Shown piece by piece: positions 1 through 9,473 of a stretch of 64,000 nt of DNA. The notes beneath the pieces were generated by a model, which was not told the origin of the DNA, did not search any database, and saw only the letters and a list, made by a program, of their open reading frames with translations. The translations under genes were made by a program, and so were the position numbers. Numbering within the stretch: position 1 is the stretch's first letter; the number at the start of each line of letters is the position of its first letter. Source of the DNA: an uncultured Gemmatimonadales bacterium (GTDB lineage Bacteria; Gemmatimonadota; Gemmatimonadetes; Gemmatimonadales; GWC2-71-9); contig CAVVWJ010000002.1 in the NCBI GenBank assembly GCA_963751925.1, forward strand, positions 1,510,560 to 1,574,559. The letters run 5' to 3'.

Positions 1-530
1 TGCGCTGGCTCGCGTTGGCCGCATCCCTGGTTCTGGTCGCCGCCGGCAGTTGGCAGCTCGCCTCCAAGCGAGCGGCGGAGGAGTTTCTCAGCGAGCAGGT
101 GCTTACCAGCCACGTGCGCTCACTGATGCCGGGGCATCTCACGGACGTGATCTCATCGGACCAGCATACGGTAAAGCCGTGGTTCAACGGCAAGCTCGAC
201 TTCTCGCCCTCAGTGTACGATTTCGCAGGGCGCGGCTATCCGCTGATCGGCGGCCGTCTCGACTATCTCGGCGGCCGCCCGGTTGCAGCGCTCGTGTACG
301 GCCGGCGCCAACATCTGATCAACGTGTACCTGTGGCCATCAACGGAGGGAGCGATAGAGAGCGGAGGAGTAACGGACCGGCACGGCTACCATCTGCTGCA
401 CTGGAGAACGGCCGACTACACGTACTGGGTGGTCTCGGACCTCGGCGTGGCAGAGCTGCGGCAGTTCGCTCAGATGCTGAGGGATGCGGATTCGATCGAC
501 AGCGCACCGGCGGCGGTCCGTGTCCGCTAA
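1..530 (+). CDS. anti-sigma factor family protein, C-terminal part (5' end lies outside the window)
   Basis: The frame is open to the window edge. A hydrophobic LVLVAAGSW stretch is followed by HTVKPWFNGKLDFSP...YPLIGGRLDYLGGRPVAALVY, which resembles the periplasmic domain of ECF anti-sigma factors. Confidence 0.6.
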   Translation, partial: RWLALAASLVLVAAGSWQLASKRAAEEFLSEQVLTSHVRSLMPGHLTDVISSDQHTVKPWFNGKLDFSPSVYDFAGRGYPLIGGRLDYLGGRPVAALVYGRRQHLINVYLWPSTEGAIESGGVTDRHGYHLLHWRTADYTYWVVSDLGVAELRQFAQMLRDADSIDSAPAAVRVR

Positions 531-548
531 GGCCTCGCGGTCACCAGA

Positions 549-585
549 AGCCCCGCTGAGCCGTAAGCTCTAGCGGGGCTTTTAT
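549..585 (+). terminator. intrinsic terminator-like hairpin after the anti-sigma gene
   Basis: AGCCCCGCT (549-557) pairs with AGCGGGGCT (572-580) and is followed by TTTAT. Confidence 0.6.
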
Positions 586-593
586 CACGATTA

Positions 594-667
<74 letters not shown>

Positions 668-733
668 TTCACGCCGGGCGGAGAATAGCCGCTCCGACTC
701 ACCGCACGCAAGACACGAAGTTACTGCCCCGGG

Positions 734-976
734 TCAGCGCAGCTCCTCGTCTTCATCGATCTCCTCCAGCTCCTCCAGCTCCTCGTCTTCGAGATCATCG
801 TCATCGTCGAGATCGTCGTCCTCGAGCTCGTCATCCTCATCGTCATCATCGTCGAAGGTAAACCCGTCGTCCTCGAACTCGTCTTCGTCCTCATCGAACT
901 TCCGACGCAGCTCAGTGGGCGCCACCGACGTCTCCCAGGCCAACATGATGTCCTCCGCCATCGAAAGATTGAGCAC
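734..976 (-). CDS. small hyper-acidic protein (Asp/Glu tail), function unknown
   Basis: 80-aa ORF directly downstream of typA on the same strand. A short N-terminal MAEDIMLAWETSVAPTELRRKF is followed by about 55 residues that are almost all D/E. The alternative start is ATG at 961. Confidence 0.5.
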   Translation of the reverse strand: MLNLSMAEDIMLAWETSVAPTELRRKFDEDEDEFEDDGFTFDDDDDEDDELEDDDLDDDDDLEDEELEELEEIDEDEELR

Positions 977-1000
977 CGTAAAACCGTAGACCGTACGTTC

Positions 1001-2845
1001 CTACGACGCGTCCAACACCCGGGCCGCCCTGGCGGCCTTCTTGCGATCGTTCGCCGGGAGGACCCGCTTACGAAGGCGGATGGTCTTCGGCGTTACCTCG
1101 ATTAGCTCGTCTTCCTCGATGTACTCGAGAGCGTACTCCAGCGTGATCTGCCGGGGCGGCTCCAGGATGACGTTCTCGTCCGAAGCCGTGGTTCGCATAT
1201 TACTGAGCTTCTTCTCCTTGGTAACGTTGACGTCGAGGTCGCCGGGACGGGAGTTCTCGCCGGCAATCATCCCCTCGTACACCAGATCACCCGGAGCCAC
1301 GAACATCTGAGCCCGCTCCTGGAGATTGCCGAGCGCAAACGCCACGACCGATCCCTCGCGGTCCGCAATCAGCACTCCTCGCTTTCGCCCCGCGAGCGGC
1401 CCGGCCCATGGTCCGTAGTCGAGAAACCGGTGGTGCATGATGCCGGTCCCCCGGGTATCGGTCAAGAACTCGGAGCGGTAGCCGAAAAGGCCGCGTGCCG
1501 GGATCCGGAAGCTCATACGGACCATCCCCTGCCCCGGATTCTTCATCTCGATCATCTCGGTCCGACGGGGCCCCAGCTTCTCCATGACGACGCCCATGTA
1601 GGCCTCTGGCACATCGATCATCAGCTCTTCATACGGCTCCAGCCGCTCACCGTCGGGACCGAGCTTGGTGATGACACGGGGCCGGGAGACCTGGAATTCG
1701 AAGCCTTCCCGCCGCATCGTCTCCATCAGGATGCCCAGATGCAGCTCACCCCGTCCCGAGACTGCATGAGTATCGGGGCTGTCCGTCTCCTCGACTCGAA
1801 GAGCCACGTTGCGCTCGAGCTCCTTGTACAACCGATCCCGCAGCTGCCGGCTGGTGACATACTTCCCTTCGCGGCCGGCAAACGGCCCGTTGTTGACGAT
1901 GAAGTCGACCGAGATGGTCGGCTCCTCGACCGCGATCCCCTCCATTCTCTCGGGAGCGTCCACGGCTGTGAACGTCCGCCCGATCTCGATCGTCTCGAAG
2001 CCGGAAAGCGCCACGATGTCGCCCGCTTCCGCCTCATCCACCTCGATCCGGTTCAAACCATCGAAGGTGTAGAGGCGGGTCACCCGGTTCCGCTCGAAGT
2101 CTTCGTCGGTAACCAGCCCCGGCGCTCCCAGCGGCAGGAGAGCCACCTGGTCTCCCACCCGGACCCGGCCACGCTCGATCCGGCCGATCGCAATCCTGCC
2201 CAGGAAGCTGGAGAAGTCCAGCGTCGATACCAGCATCTGGAAGGGAGCCTCTGGATCGCCCTTCGGCTCCGGCACATAGTCCAGGATCGTCTGGAAGAGT
2301 GGCGTGAGATCGGTGCCCGGGTGGTCCAGCTCCTTGGTGGCGGTGCCGGCGCGGCTCGAGGTATAGAGGAAAGGCGCGTCGAGCTGGTCGTGGGTCGCCT
2401 CGAGGTCGATGAAGAGCCCGAGTACCTCGTCATGGACTCGAAGTGGCTCGGCGTCGGACCGATCGATCTTGTTGATGGCAACGATGGGGCGGAGCCCGAG
2501 CGCCAGCGCCTTCCGAGTGACAAACCTGGTCTGCGGCATGGGTCCTTCCGCCGCGTCCACCAGGATGAGAACCCCGTCCACCATCCTGAGGATGCGCTCG
2601 ACCTCACCCCCAAAGTCCGCGTGACCAGGGGTGTCCACGATGTTGATCTTGGTACCGTGCCAGCGCACCGCCGTGTTCTTGGCCAGGATGGTGATGCCTC
2701 GTTCCCGCTCCAGCGGGTTCGAGTCCATCACCCGCTCCTCCACCTGCTGGTTGGCCCGGAACGCGCCGGCTTGCCGGAGCATCTGGTCCACCAAGGTGGT
2801 CTTGCCGTGATCGACGTGGGCGATGATGGCCAAGTTACGAATCAA
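1001..2845 (-). CDS. typA: translational GTPase TypA/BipA
   Basis: N-terminus [39 protein letters not shown]-motifs, and a length of 614 aa. Confidence 0.95.
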   Translation of the reverse strand: MIRNLAIIAHVDHGKTTLVDQMLRQAGAFRANQQVEERVMDSNPLERERGITILAKNTAVRWHGTKINIVDTPGHADFGGEVERILRMVDGVLILVDAAEGPMPQTRFVTRKALALGLRPIVAINKIDRSDAEPLRVHDEVLGLFIDLEATHDQLDAPFLYTSSRAGTATKELDHPGTDLTPLFQTILDYVPEPKGDPEAPFQMLVSTLDFSSFLGRIAIGRIERGRVRVGDQVALLPLGAPGLVTDEDFERNRVTRLYTFDGLNRIEVDEAEAGDIVALSGFETIEIGRTFTAVDAPERMEGIAVEEPTISVDFIVNNGPFAGREGKYVTSRQLRDRLYKELERNVALRVEETDSPDTHAVSGRGELHLGILMETMRREGFEFQVSRPRVITKLGPDGERLEPYEELMIDVPEAYMGVVMEKLGPRRTEMIEMKNPGQGMVRMSFRIPARGLFGYRSEFLTDTRGTGIMHHRFLDYGPWAGPLAGRKRGVLIADREGSVVAFALGNLQERAQMFVAPGDLVYEGMIAGENSRPGDLDVNVTKEKKLSNMRTTASDENVILEPPRQITLEYALEYIEEDELIEVTPKTIRLRKRVLPANDRKKAARAARVLDAS

Positions 2846-2995
2846 TCCACACTTCCTACGATAGCTGAGACAGTTGAGGCCCGGACGCCCGGGCCTCCGC
2901 GGCGCATATATAGACTAGGCCGTCAGATGCCGCAAGAGATGGGAAAGGGGGTCAAGAGTAGGCTGGAGTGGGTACAAAGAAGGATCTGAAAAACC

Positions 2996-3967
2996 CTAGT
3001 GCCGGTGCCCTGCGTGAGCCGCGTGGGTCGACGTTACCGGGAAGACCTGAGGCTCCTCGCACTCGTGCTGAACCTCGAGCTGGATAGTGACATGGCCGAT
3101 CCCGAGGCGGCCGACTTCCGCCCGAATCTTTTCGAGGACAAGAGGGTGGGCGGTGAGGTCCGGCACTATGGCGTGACCACTCATCGCCACCATACCGCTG
3201 GTCACCGTCCAGACGTGAAGGTCGTGCACGGCCGTGACTCCCGGAACCGCAAGCATACAGTGCTGCACATCGGCCATTGCGACGTGCCGAGGTACGGCTT
3301 CCAGGAGGATGTCGGTGCTCTCACGCAGCAGACGCCAGGCCCCGATGAGGATCAGCAACGCGAGCAGGACGGAGATGATAGGGTCAGCCAGGGTCCAGCC
3401 GGTCGTCGCGATGATGGTAGCGGCGACGAGCGCTCCCACGGAGCCTAGCGCGTCCCCCAAGACATGGAGGTAGGCACCCCTGGCGTTGAGATTCCCATGT
3501 CGCAGGCTGTGCAGGATCCTCAGGCTGAGCAGGTTAACCACCAGGCCACCGGCGGCGATGATCAGGAAGAGCTGGGCCCGAATAGGCTCCGGGTGCTGCA
3601 TCCGCTGAATCGCCTCGACGATCACCCACCCGGCGATTCCGAAGAGCGCGGCGCCGTTTACCAGGGCGGCAAGAATTTCCCAGCGTTGGTAACCATACGT
3701 CTTCGTCTGACTGGCCGGACGGAGGGCAATCCAGGCGCTGAGCAGTGACAGTCCAAGTGCGCCGGCATCCGTCAGCATGTGGCCGGCGTCCGCCAGCAAG
3801 GCCAGCGATCCGCTGAGCCAGCCGCCCACGGCCTCTACAAACATGAATCCAAGGGTGAGGCTGAGGACGACCGCCAGACGGGGGAGCTGGGCAGCAGGAC
3901 GGTTGGCGAGCAGTGATGTACAGTCTGAAATGCCCGCCTGAACCTGGGGAAGGCTTCGGCCAGTCAT
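2996..3967 (-). CDS. cation diffusion facilitator (CzcD/ZitB-like) metal efflux transporter
   Basis: Six predicted TM segments, the LLADAGHMLTD and HVLGDALGSV motifs, a C-terminal cytoplasmic domain and a His-rich tail. Confidence 0.85.
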   Translation of the reverse strand: MTGRSLPQVQAGISDCTSLLANRPAAQLPRLAVVLSLTLGFMFVEAVGGWLSGSLALLADAGHMLTDAGALGLSLLSAWIALRPASQTKTYGYQRWEILAALVNGAALFGIAGWVIVEAIQRMQHPEPIRAQLFLIIAAGGLVVNLLSLRILHSLRHGNLNARGAYLHVLGDALGSVGALVAATIIATTGWTLADPIISVLLALLILIGAWRLLRESTDILLEAVPRHVAMADVQHCMLAVPGVTAVHDLHVWTVTSGMVAMSGHAIVPDLTAHPLVLEKIRAEVGRLGIGHVTIQLEVQHECEEPQVFPVTSTHAAHAGHRH

Positions 3968-3976
3968 GAACTAAAT

Positions 3977-5296
3977 CTAACTGAGTCCACCGCTTCCATC
4001 GGCTGCTCCGGGCTTCTTCGGTGCGGCTACTCTCATTCTCACAGCTTCCGCGTGGCCGTACAGCCCTTCGGCCTCTGCCAGTGCGATAATGGCGGAGGCG
4101 TCACGTGCCAGACCTTCCGGCGAGTACCTGATGACGCTGGTTCTCTTGATGAAGTCATAGACGCCGAGCGGTGAGGCGAATCGCGCCGTCCCACCGGTGG
4201 GCAACACGTGGCTGGGACCGGCGATGTAATCTCCCACTGGCTCGGGTGTGTCGTCGCCCAGGAAGATTGCTCCGGCATTTCGGATGGAGCTGGCCACACG
4301 TTCGGCCCCGTCGGCGCAAACCTGGAGATGCTCGGGGGCACGACGGTTGGCCACCTCGATGGCATCGCGCATCGAGCCAGCCAGGATGACAAGTCCGTTT
4401 CGCTCGAGCGACGCCCGGGCGATCTTGGCTCTCGGCGCCTGGGCCAGAGCGCGCTCCAGCTCCGCGGGAATGGCATTGGCCACGTCTGGATCGGTGCTCA
4501 CACACCAGCTGGTGGCATCCTCATCGTGCTCGGCCTGAGCGATCATGTCCGCTGCGATCCGCTCGGGCCGCGCGGTGGCGTCGGCAATGATGAGCAGCTC
4601 GGTAGGGCCCGCAACCATGTCTATCCCCACGCTGCCGACGACTTGCCGTTTCGCCTCAGCCACCCAGCGGCTCCCCGGGCCAACGATCTTGTCCACTCGA
4701 GGGACCGTCCTGGTTCCATAGGCCAGCGCGGCGATCGCCTGAGCACCCCCGATCTGGAAGACACGGGTCACCCCAGACAGGGCGCACGCGGCCAGCACCA
4801 CATCCGTGACTCCCTGCGGAGGCACCACGGCGATGATCTCGTGTACTCCGGCGACGAGCGCGGGTACTGCGTTCATCACGACGGAGGAAGGGTAGGAAGC
4901 TTTGCCTCCAGGGACATACAGTCCGACCCGGTCGAGAGGGATGACCTTCATCCCGACCAGGCTTCCATCAGCCTCGGCCAGGTGGAACCCGGCGTCCCGC
5001 TGGCGCTGGTGGTACTCGCTGACCCGGTGGACCGCGAGCGTCAGGGCGTCTCTCAGTGAGGGATCGATCCGGCCCAGCGCGCTCTGCCAGGAAACCGCAT
5101 CGAGCTCCCAGTCTGCCGGCGCCAGGTCCACCCCATCGTAGCGCAGGGTGTACTCCCGGACTGCCTGGTCACCCCGGGCAAGCACATCCTGGAGGATGCT
5201 GGTGACGGCAGAGCGGGTTTCCGAGTCCGCACCGGCGAGCCGAGGCAGGTAGGGATCGAGAGCGTCGAAGGGCGGCACCGTCAGGCGGCGGATCAC
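3977..5296 (-). CDS. hisD: histidinol dehydrogenase
   Basis: The AIFLG...GDY.AGPSHVLPT and QAEHD motifs. The ORF-track start at 5494 overlaps the divergent gene. GTG at 5296 (VIRRLTVPP) gives a typical length of about 440 aa. Confidence 0.9.
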   Translation of the reverse strand: MIRRLTVPPFDALDPYLPRLAGADSETRSAVTSILQDVLARGDQAVREYTLRYDGVDLAPADWELDAVSWQSALGRIDPSLRDALTLAVHRVSEYHQRQRDAGFHLAEADGSLVGMKVIPLDRVGLYVPGGKASYPSSVVMNAVPALVAGVHEIIAVVPPQGVTDVVLAACALSGVTRVFQIGGAQAIAALAYGTRTVPRVDKIVGPGSRWVAEAKRQVVGSVGIDMVAGPTELLIIADATARPERIAADMIAQAEHDEDATSWCVSTDPDVANAIPAELERALAQAPRAKIARASLERNGLVILAGSMRDAIEVANRRAPEHLQVCADGAERVASSIRNAGAIFLGDDTPEPVGDYIAGPSHVLPTGGTARFASPLGVYDFIKRTSVIRYSPEGLARDASAIIALAEAEGLYGHAEAVRMRVAAPKKPGAADGSGGLS

Positions 5297-5321
5297 TCGA
5301 CACCCTCGCAGGGTAGCGCCG

Positions 5322-6680
5322 GTGAGACTAGACTTGGAACGTATGGAACCGGCAGAGTCCCCTCCCATCCTGTTCGGCCTGCTAGCCGTCGTCGTCCTTG
5401 TCCTCGCCAACGCCTTCTTTGTTGCGGCGGAATTCGCTCTGGTCAGTGCCCGGCGAACCCGGCTGGACGAGCTGGCACAGGCCGGGAACGGCAAAGCTAG
5501 GCTCGCCCGGCGTGCGGTTCAATCGCTCGGCCGCTACATCTCGGCGACGCAGCTGGGTATCACTCTCGCCTCGCTTGGCTTGGGCTGGATTGGGGAGCCG
5601 GCGTTGGCCGGCCTGATAGGTGGCGCGTTCAAGGCATTGCCGGGGGTACTCGCCCCCATCGCGACCCACGGCGTCGCCTCCGCCATAGCCTTCATTATCA
5701 TCACTATCCTCCATATAACGCTGGGCGAACTGATTCCCAAAGCTGTCGCCCTCGTCTATCCGGAAACCGTGAGCGGCTGGCTGACTCCGCCGTTGATGGG
5801 GTTTGCCTGGCTGATGTCGGCCCCCATCACACTCCTGTATGGCAGCGCCAATCGCCTGCTCCGGGTGATCGGAATCGATCCGCCGGGTGAGAACGAGCGG
5901 CTCCACTCGCCCGAGGAAATCCGGATGCTGGTGGAGCAGAGCACCGAAGGTGGCAGCCTCTTGCAGCAGGACGCGCGACTGCTGGAAGGTGTGTTTGAGT
6001 TCAGCGAAAAGACCGCCCAGGAAGTGATGACGCCTCGTACCCAGATGGCCGCAATGGAAGCCGATATGCCGGTGGAGGCGGCTGCCGACCTGGTGGCCAC
6101 CGAGCGGCGGTCACGGTATCCAGTCTATACCGAGTCACTGGACGAGATCATCGGCGTGGTGCACGCCAAGGACATTCTGATCGCCATCCGCTCCAAGCCG
6201 GGGCAGCCGGTGCGCAGCGTAATGCGCCCGCCGCTTTTCGTGCCGGGAACTCGCGAGGTCGAGGACGTTCTAGCGGACATGAAACGCCTCAAGACCCACC
6301 TCGCCATTGTGCTGGACGAGTACGGCGGGACCGCCGGCCTGGTGACGATGGAAGACCTGCTGGAGGAGATCGTGGGCCCGATCTTCGACGAGTACGATCC
6401 GCAGGATCGCGCCGCTCCCTCCGATGGGGCAGCCCGCCTGGACGGGTCGATGACGATTTCGGAGTTCAACAGCCAGTACGATGCCTCCCTGGACGACGCC
6501 GACTATACCACCATCGGCGGCTACATCTTTGGCCAGCTTGGCCGGCTGCCCCGGCCGGGTGACCGGATCACGGTGGGGCCGTTGACTCTCGAAGTGGTCG
6601 AGATGGATGGGCGCCGAGTGAAGACGATCCGGCTGCACACTGCCAAGACGGAAAACGCAGCGGTCAGCAAGCCCGCCTGA
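5322..6680 (+). CDS. CNNM/DUF21 - CBS pair - CorC_HlyC family membrane protein (TlyC/CorB-like)
   Basis: N-terminal DUF21-type TM region (FFVAAEFALVSARRTRL), a CBS pair and a C-terminal CorC domain. The start could also be ATG at 5343. Confidence 0.85.
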   Translation: MRLDLERMEPAESPPILFGLLAVVVLVLANAFFVAAEFALVSARRTRLDELAQAGNGKARLARRAVQSLGRYISATQLGITLASLGLGWIGEPALAGLIGGAFKALPGVLAPIATHGVASAIAFIIITILHITLGELIPKAVALVYPETVSGWLTPPLMGFAWLMSAPITLLYGSANRLLRVIGIDPPGENERLHSPEEIRMLVEQSTEGGSLLQQDARLLEGVFEFSEKTAQEVMTPRTQMAAMEADMPVEAAADLVATERRSRYPVYTESLDEIIGVVHAKDILIAIRSKPGQPVRSVMRPPLFVPGTREVEDVLADMKRLKTHLAIVLDEYGGTAGLVTMEDLLEEIVGPIFDEYDPQDRAAPSDGAARLDGSMTISEFNSQYDASLDDADYTTIGGYIFGQLGRLPRPGDRITVGPLTLEVVEMDGRRVKTIRLHTAKTENAAVSKPA

Positions 6681-7639
6681 TGATCCCGACATCGATCGCC
6701 GCGACCCCGCCTGGGGCGCTCGACCTCACCGGCGAGGCGGTTCGCCGTCGGCGCCTGCTGCAGCGTAGCAGCATGAGCGTGCTCGAGGGCGCCGGTTACC
6801 AGGAGCTCATCCCACCATCGTTCGAGTACGAGGACACCTTTCTACGCGCCGGAGGCGCGGGAGTGGCGGAAAGGCTGGTGCGCTTTCCCGACCGGGATGG
6901 CCGCATCCTGGCACTCCGCTACGATTTTACCGCCAGCCTCGCACGGGTGGCCGCCACGACGTTCTCGAGCTTCACCGGACCACTGCGGCTGAGCTATACC
7001 GGCAAGGTGTTCCGCCAGGAGCCGGAGCGCGGCGGCCGGCCTCGCGAGATGCTGCAGGTTGGCGGCGAGCTGTTGGGCCAGGGCGATCTCCTGGCGGATG
7101 TCGAAATCGTGCGGCTGGCACTCCAACTTCTCGCCGGCGCCGGCATCGCCGACTTCCAGGTGAACCTCGGCCATGTGGGCGTGCTCGCGGCCGGACTCGA
7201 GGCCATCGAGGAACCGCTCCGCTCCGAGGTGCGGCGCTGGATCGATCGCAAGGATCGCGGGAGCCTTCGCCGTGCTCTGGCCAAGTTCTCGGGTGATGCC
7301 TGCGCGCTCACGACATTGCCGTTTGTGATCGGACGCCGAGAGGCATTGGAGACCGCTGCCCGAAACGCGCCGCGTGCGTCTCGGCCGGGTCTCGAGCACT
7401 TGTTGTCTCTCGATGCCGCTCTCTCGGCATCCGAGCGGAGCCACCTGGTGTACGATCTGGGAGAGGTGCGGGGCCTGGACTACTACACCGGTATCCATTT
7501 CGAAGTGTACGTCTCAGGAGCAGGGCGAGCCGCCGGAGCTGGAGGACGCTACGATGGTCTGATGGCCCGCTTCGGCCGTCCGATGCCGGCCGTGGGACTC
7601 TCGCTCGATCTCGATACCATCTCCCAGGTCGTCGTCTGA
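6680..7639 (+). CDS. hisZ: ATP phosphoribosyltransferase regulatory subunit HisZ (HisRS-like)
   Basis: HisRS-like core without an anticodon-binding domain (YQELIPPSFEYEDTF, LRYDFT, YYTGIHFE). Its ATG overlaps the upstream stop by 1 nt, and it lies directly before a short-form hisG. Confidence 0.85.
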   Translation: MIPTSIAATPPGALDLTGEAVRRRRLLQRSSMSVLEGAGYQELIPPSFEYEDTFLRAGGAGVAERLVRFPDRDGRILALRYDFTASLARVAATTFSSFTGPLRLSYTGKVFRQEPERGGRPREMLQVGGELLGQGDLLADVEIVRLALQLLAGAGIADFQVNLGHVGVLAAGLEAIEEPLRSEVRRWIDRKDRGSLRRALAKFSGDACALTTLPFVIGRREALETAARNAPRASRPGLEHLLSLDAALSASERSHLVYDLGEVRGLDYYTGIHFEVYVSGAGRAAGAGGRYDGLMARFGRPMPAVGLSLDLDTISQVVV

Positions 7640-7644
7640 CTCGG

Positions 7645-8262
7645 CTGCGGGTTGCCCTGGCCAAGGGTCGTCTGTTCGAGCCGTCCGTGGCCCGGTTTCG
7701 AGCCGCCGGGGCAGAGATGACGACCGATCCGGGGCGGAAGCTCCTGATCTCATCGAGCGACCCTGCCATCGAGTTTCTGGTCGTGAAGCCAGGCGACGTG
7801 CCGGTATATGTCGAGTCGGGTGCCGCAGACCTGGGTGTCACCGGAACGGACGTACTGCGGGAGAGCGGTGCCGACGTGCTGGAGCCGCTAGAGCTGCAGT
7901 TCGGCTTCTGCCGGCTGGTGGTTGCTGCGCCGGCTGACACCTCTTACCCGGCACTGGATGGAGGGATGACGGCACGAGTCGCCACCAAGTACCCGCGTCT
8001 GGCTCAGGCTCACTTCGCGGCGGCGGGCCGGCCGGTCGACATCATACAGGTAGGTGGATCGGTCGAGGTCGCACCGCTGCTCAACCTCTCGCACTGGATC
8101 GTTGATCTGGTCGATACCGGGAATACGCTGCGGGCTAACGGGTTGGTTGAGCGGGAGACGATTCTGGAATGCGGCGCGGTACTCGTAGCCAATCGGGCCA
8201 GTCAGAAGCTGAAGCTGGACGCGTACCTCGGTTTGATGGAAAGGCTGGAGGGCGGTAGATGA
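7645..8262 (+). CDS. hisG: ATP phosphoribosyltransferase, short form HisG; start uncertain (first canonical start is GTG 7687)
   Basis: LRVALAKGRLFEPSVARFRAAG is the conserved HisG N-terminus and lies upstream of GTG 7687. The only in-frame candidates are CTG 7636 and CTG 7645. Confidence 0.8.
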   Translation: MRVALAKGRLFEPSVARFRAAGAEMTTDPGRKLLISSSDPAIEFLVVKPGDVPVYVESGAADLGVTGTDVLRESGADVLEPLELQFGFCRLVVAAPADTSYPALDGGMTARVATKYPRLAQAHFAAAGRPVDIIQVGGSVEVAPLLNLSHWIVDLVDTGNTLRANGLVERETILECGAVLVANRASQKLKLDAYLGLMERLEGGR

Positions 8263-8496
8263 GGACGCGGTAGGTAAAGCGGCGGTAGGTAAAGCGGCGG
8301 TAAATACTGCGGCGGTAGGTGAGGAAGGGGTAGGAAAAGTGGCGGTAGGTAAAGCGGCGGTAGCCTACCCATTGACGGCGAACTTATGGTCGTGATGGAT
8401 CAGTTGTCTCGGCTTACCGCCTCTTCTTCTACCGCCTCTCCTTCTGCCGCCTCTTCTGCTACCGTCGCTTCCTCTACCGCCGCAGTACCTACCGCC
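8251..8496. repeat. inverted pair of strictly 15-bp-periodic tandem arrays (GGCGGTAGG units / CCTACCGCC units)
   Basis: Left-arm units start at 8251, 8266, 8281, 8296, 8311, 8326, 8341 and 8356. Right-arm units start at 8413, 8428, 8443, 8458, 8473 and 8488. The non-repetitive core is about 42 bp, and the outer units contain the ends of hisG and pdxA. Confidence 0.9.
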
Positions 8497-9412
8497 TTCC
8501 CGCCAGCCTCACTGCCAACTCGATGGCCGTTCGCATGCTCGACGGATCGGCTGTTCCCGTTCCCGCGATATCGAAGGCGGTCCCGTGATCGGGAGAGGTG
8601 CGAGGGAACGGGAGGCCTAGCGTGACGTTCACCGCCCGGCCGAACGCAGCCACCTTGATCGCTGTCATCCCGACATCATGATACGGCGCGAGCACCGCGT
8701 CGAACTCGCCCCGCATTGCCCGGACGAAGACCGTATCCGCTGGTAGCGGTCCAGTGGCCCCGAGCGCTTCCGCCGCAGGGCGCAGCACCCGCTCCTCCTC
8801 ATCTCCAAACAGACCCGACTCACCCGCGTGGGGGTTCACGGCGCAGATCGCCAGTCGGGGGCGTTCCAACCCCCACCATTCGCGCAGCCCATGCTGCACG
8901 ATCTTGCCGGTCCGCAGCACGCGGTCGAGTGTCAACAGCGCCGGCACATCCCGAAAAGGGACGTGGGTCGTGACCAGCACGACTCGTAGCGGATGGGACG
9001 ACGCGTCCCCCGGCACGGCATCCGCGGCGAGCATCATGGCAACATCCACATCGCCAGCGAGATGGGCCAACCATTCGGTGTGACCTGGATAGGGAAAGCC
9101 GGCGAGGTGCAGAGCATGCTTGTGGGCGGGAGCGGTGACGATAGCGTCGACCTCGCCGGCGAGGGCCAGCTTGACGGCTGTCTCGACACTATGTCCGGCA
9201 ATGCGTCCGGCCCGAATGGCCCGGGCACGATCCTGATCCGAGTCGCCGCTCCCGAGTCCCCAGAGGCCCAGAGAGACTCGCTTGTCAGCCGGCACAGCGG
9301 AGACCTGGTCTTCAGCCCCGACGACTGTAATCTCGGCGGCGATCGGTTGGGCCAGGGCCTTGGCAGTAATTTCAGGGCCAATGCCGCGCGGATCGCCGAG
9401 TGTCACCGCCAA
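8489..9412 (-). CDS. pdxA: 4-hydroxythreonine-4-phosphate dehydrogenase PdxA
   Basis: N-terminus AVTLGDPRGIGPEI, plus HTEWLA, NPHAGE and SPDHGTAFDIAG motifs. Confidence 0.9.
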   Translation of the reverse strand: MAVTLGDPRGIGPEITAKALAQPIAAEITVVGAEDQVSAVPADKRVSLGLWGLGSGDSDQDRARAIRAGRIAGHSVETAVKLALAGEVDAIVTAPAHKHALHLAGFPYPGHTEWLAHLAGDVDVAMMLAADAVPGDASSHPLRVVLVTTHVPFRDVPALLTLDRVLRTGKIVQHGLREWWGLERPRLAICAVNPHAGESGLFGDEEERVLRPAAEALGATGPLPADTVFVRAMRGEFDAVLAPYHDVGMTAIKVAAFGRAVNVTLGLPFPRTSPDHGTAFDIAGTGTADPSSMRTAIELAVRLAGRR

Positions 9413-9473
9413 CCGGGGACCGCTCCGGTGAGTCGTCCTTCCGGTCCCTTCCGCCCTGCCCGTCTTTTTTATC

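Noticed and set aside
2875-2896. Perfect 9-bp GC hairpin (GAGGCCCGG-acgc-CCGGGCCTC) between the CDF transporter gene and typA, considered as a terminator.
   Set aside because: No T-tract follows it on the transcribed (minus) strand. It may be a leader structure or an RNA-stability element, but there is not enough evidence to call it.
1430-2989. 519-aa ORF antisense to typA. There are similar long antisense ORFs at 13827..15443 (mfd), 24676..25725 (GT9), 25400..26425 (ROK), 28785..29834 (PLP enzyme), 33489..34499 (GGDEF protein), 20674..21297, 23190..24104, 36859..37542 and 54046..54729.
   Set aside because: Each lies opposite a gene with unmistakable conserved motifs. Their translations are Arg/Pro/Gly/His-rich low-information sequence, as expected when stop codons are rare in GC-rich DNA. 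None has a recognisable motif.
8251-8496. The regularly spaced repeats considered as a CRISPR array.
   Set aside because: Units are 15 bp with no unique spacers between them and are degenerate. The array is present as two inverted blocks, and there are no cas genes in the window.
8386-8625. 79-aa ORF (Ser/Ala/Thr-rich) inside the right repeat arm.
   Set aside because: Its sequence simply translates the 15-bp repeat units, and it overlaps the 3' end of pdxA on the other strand.
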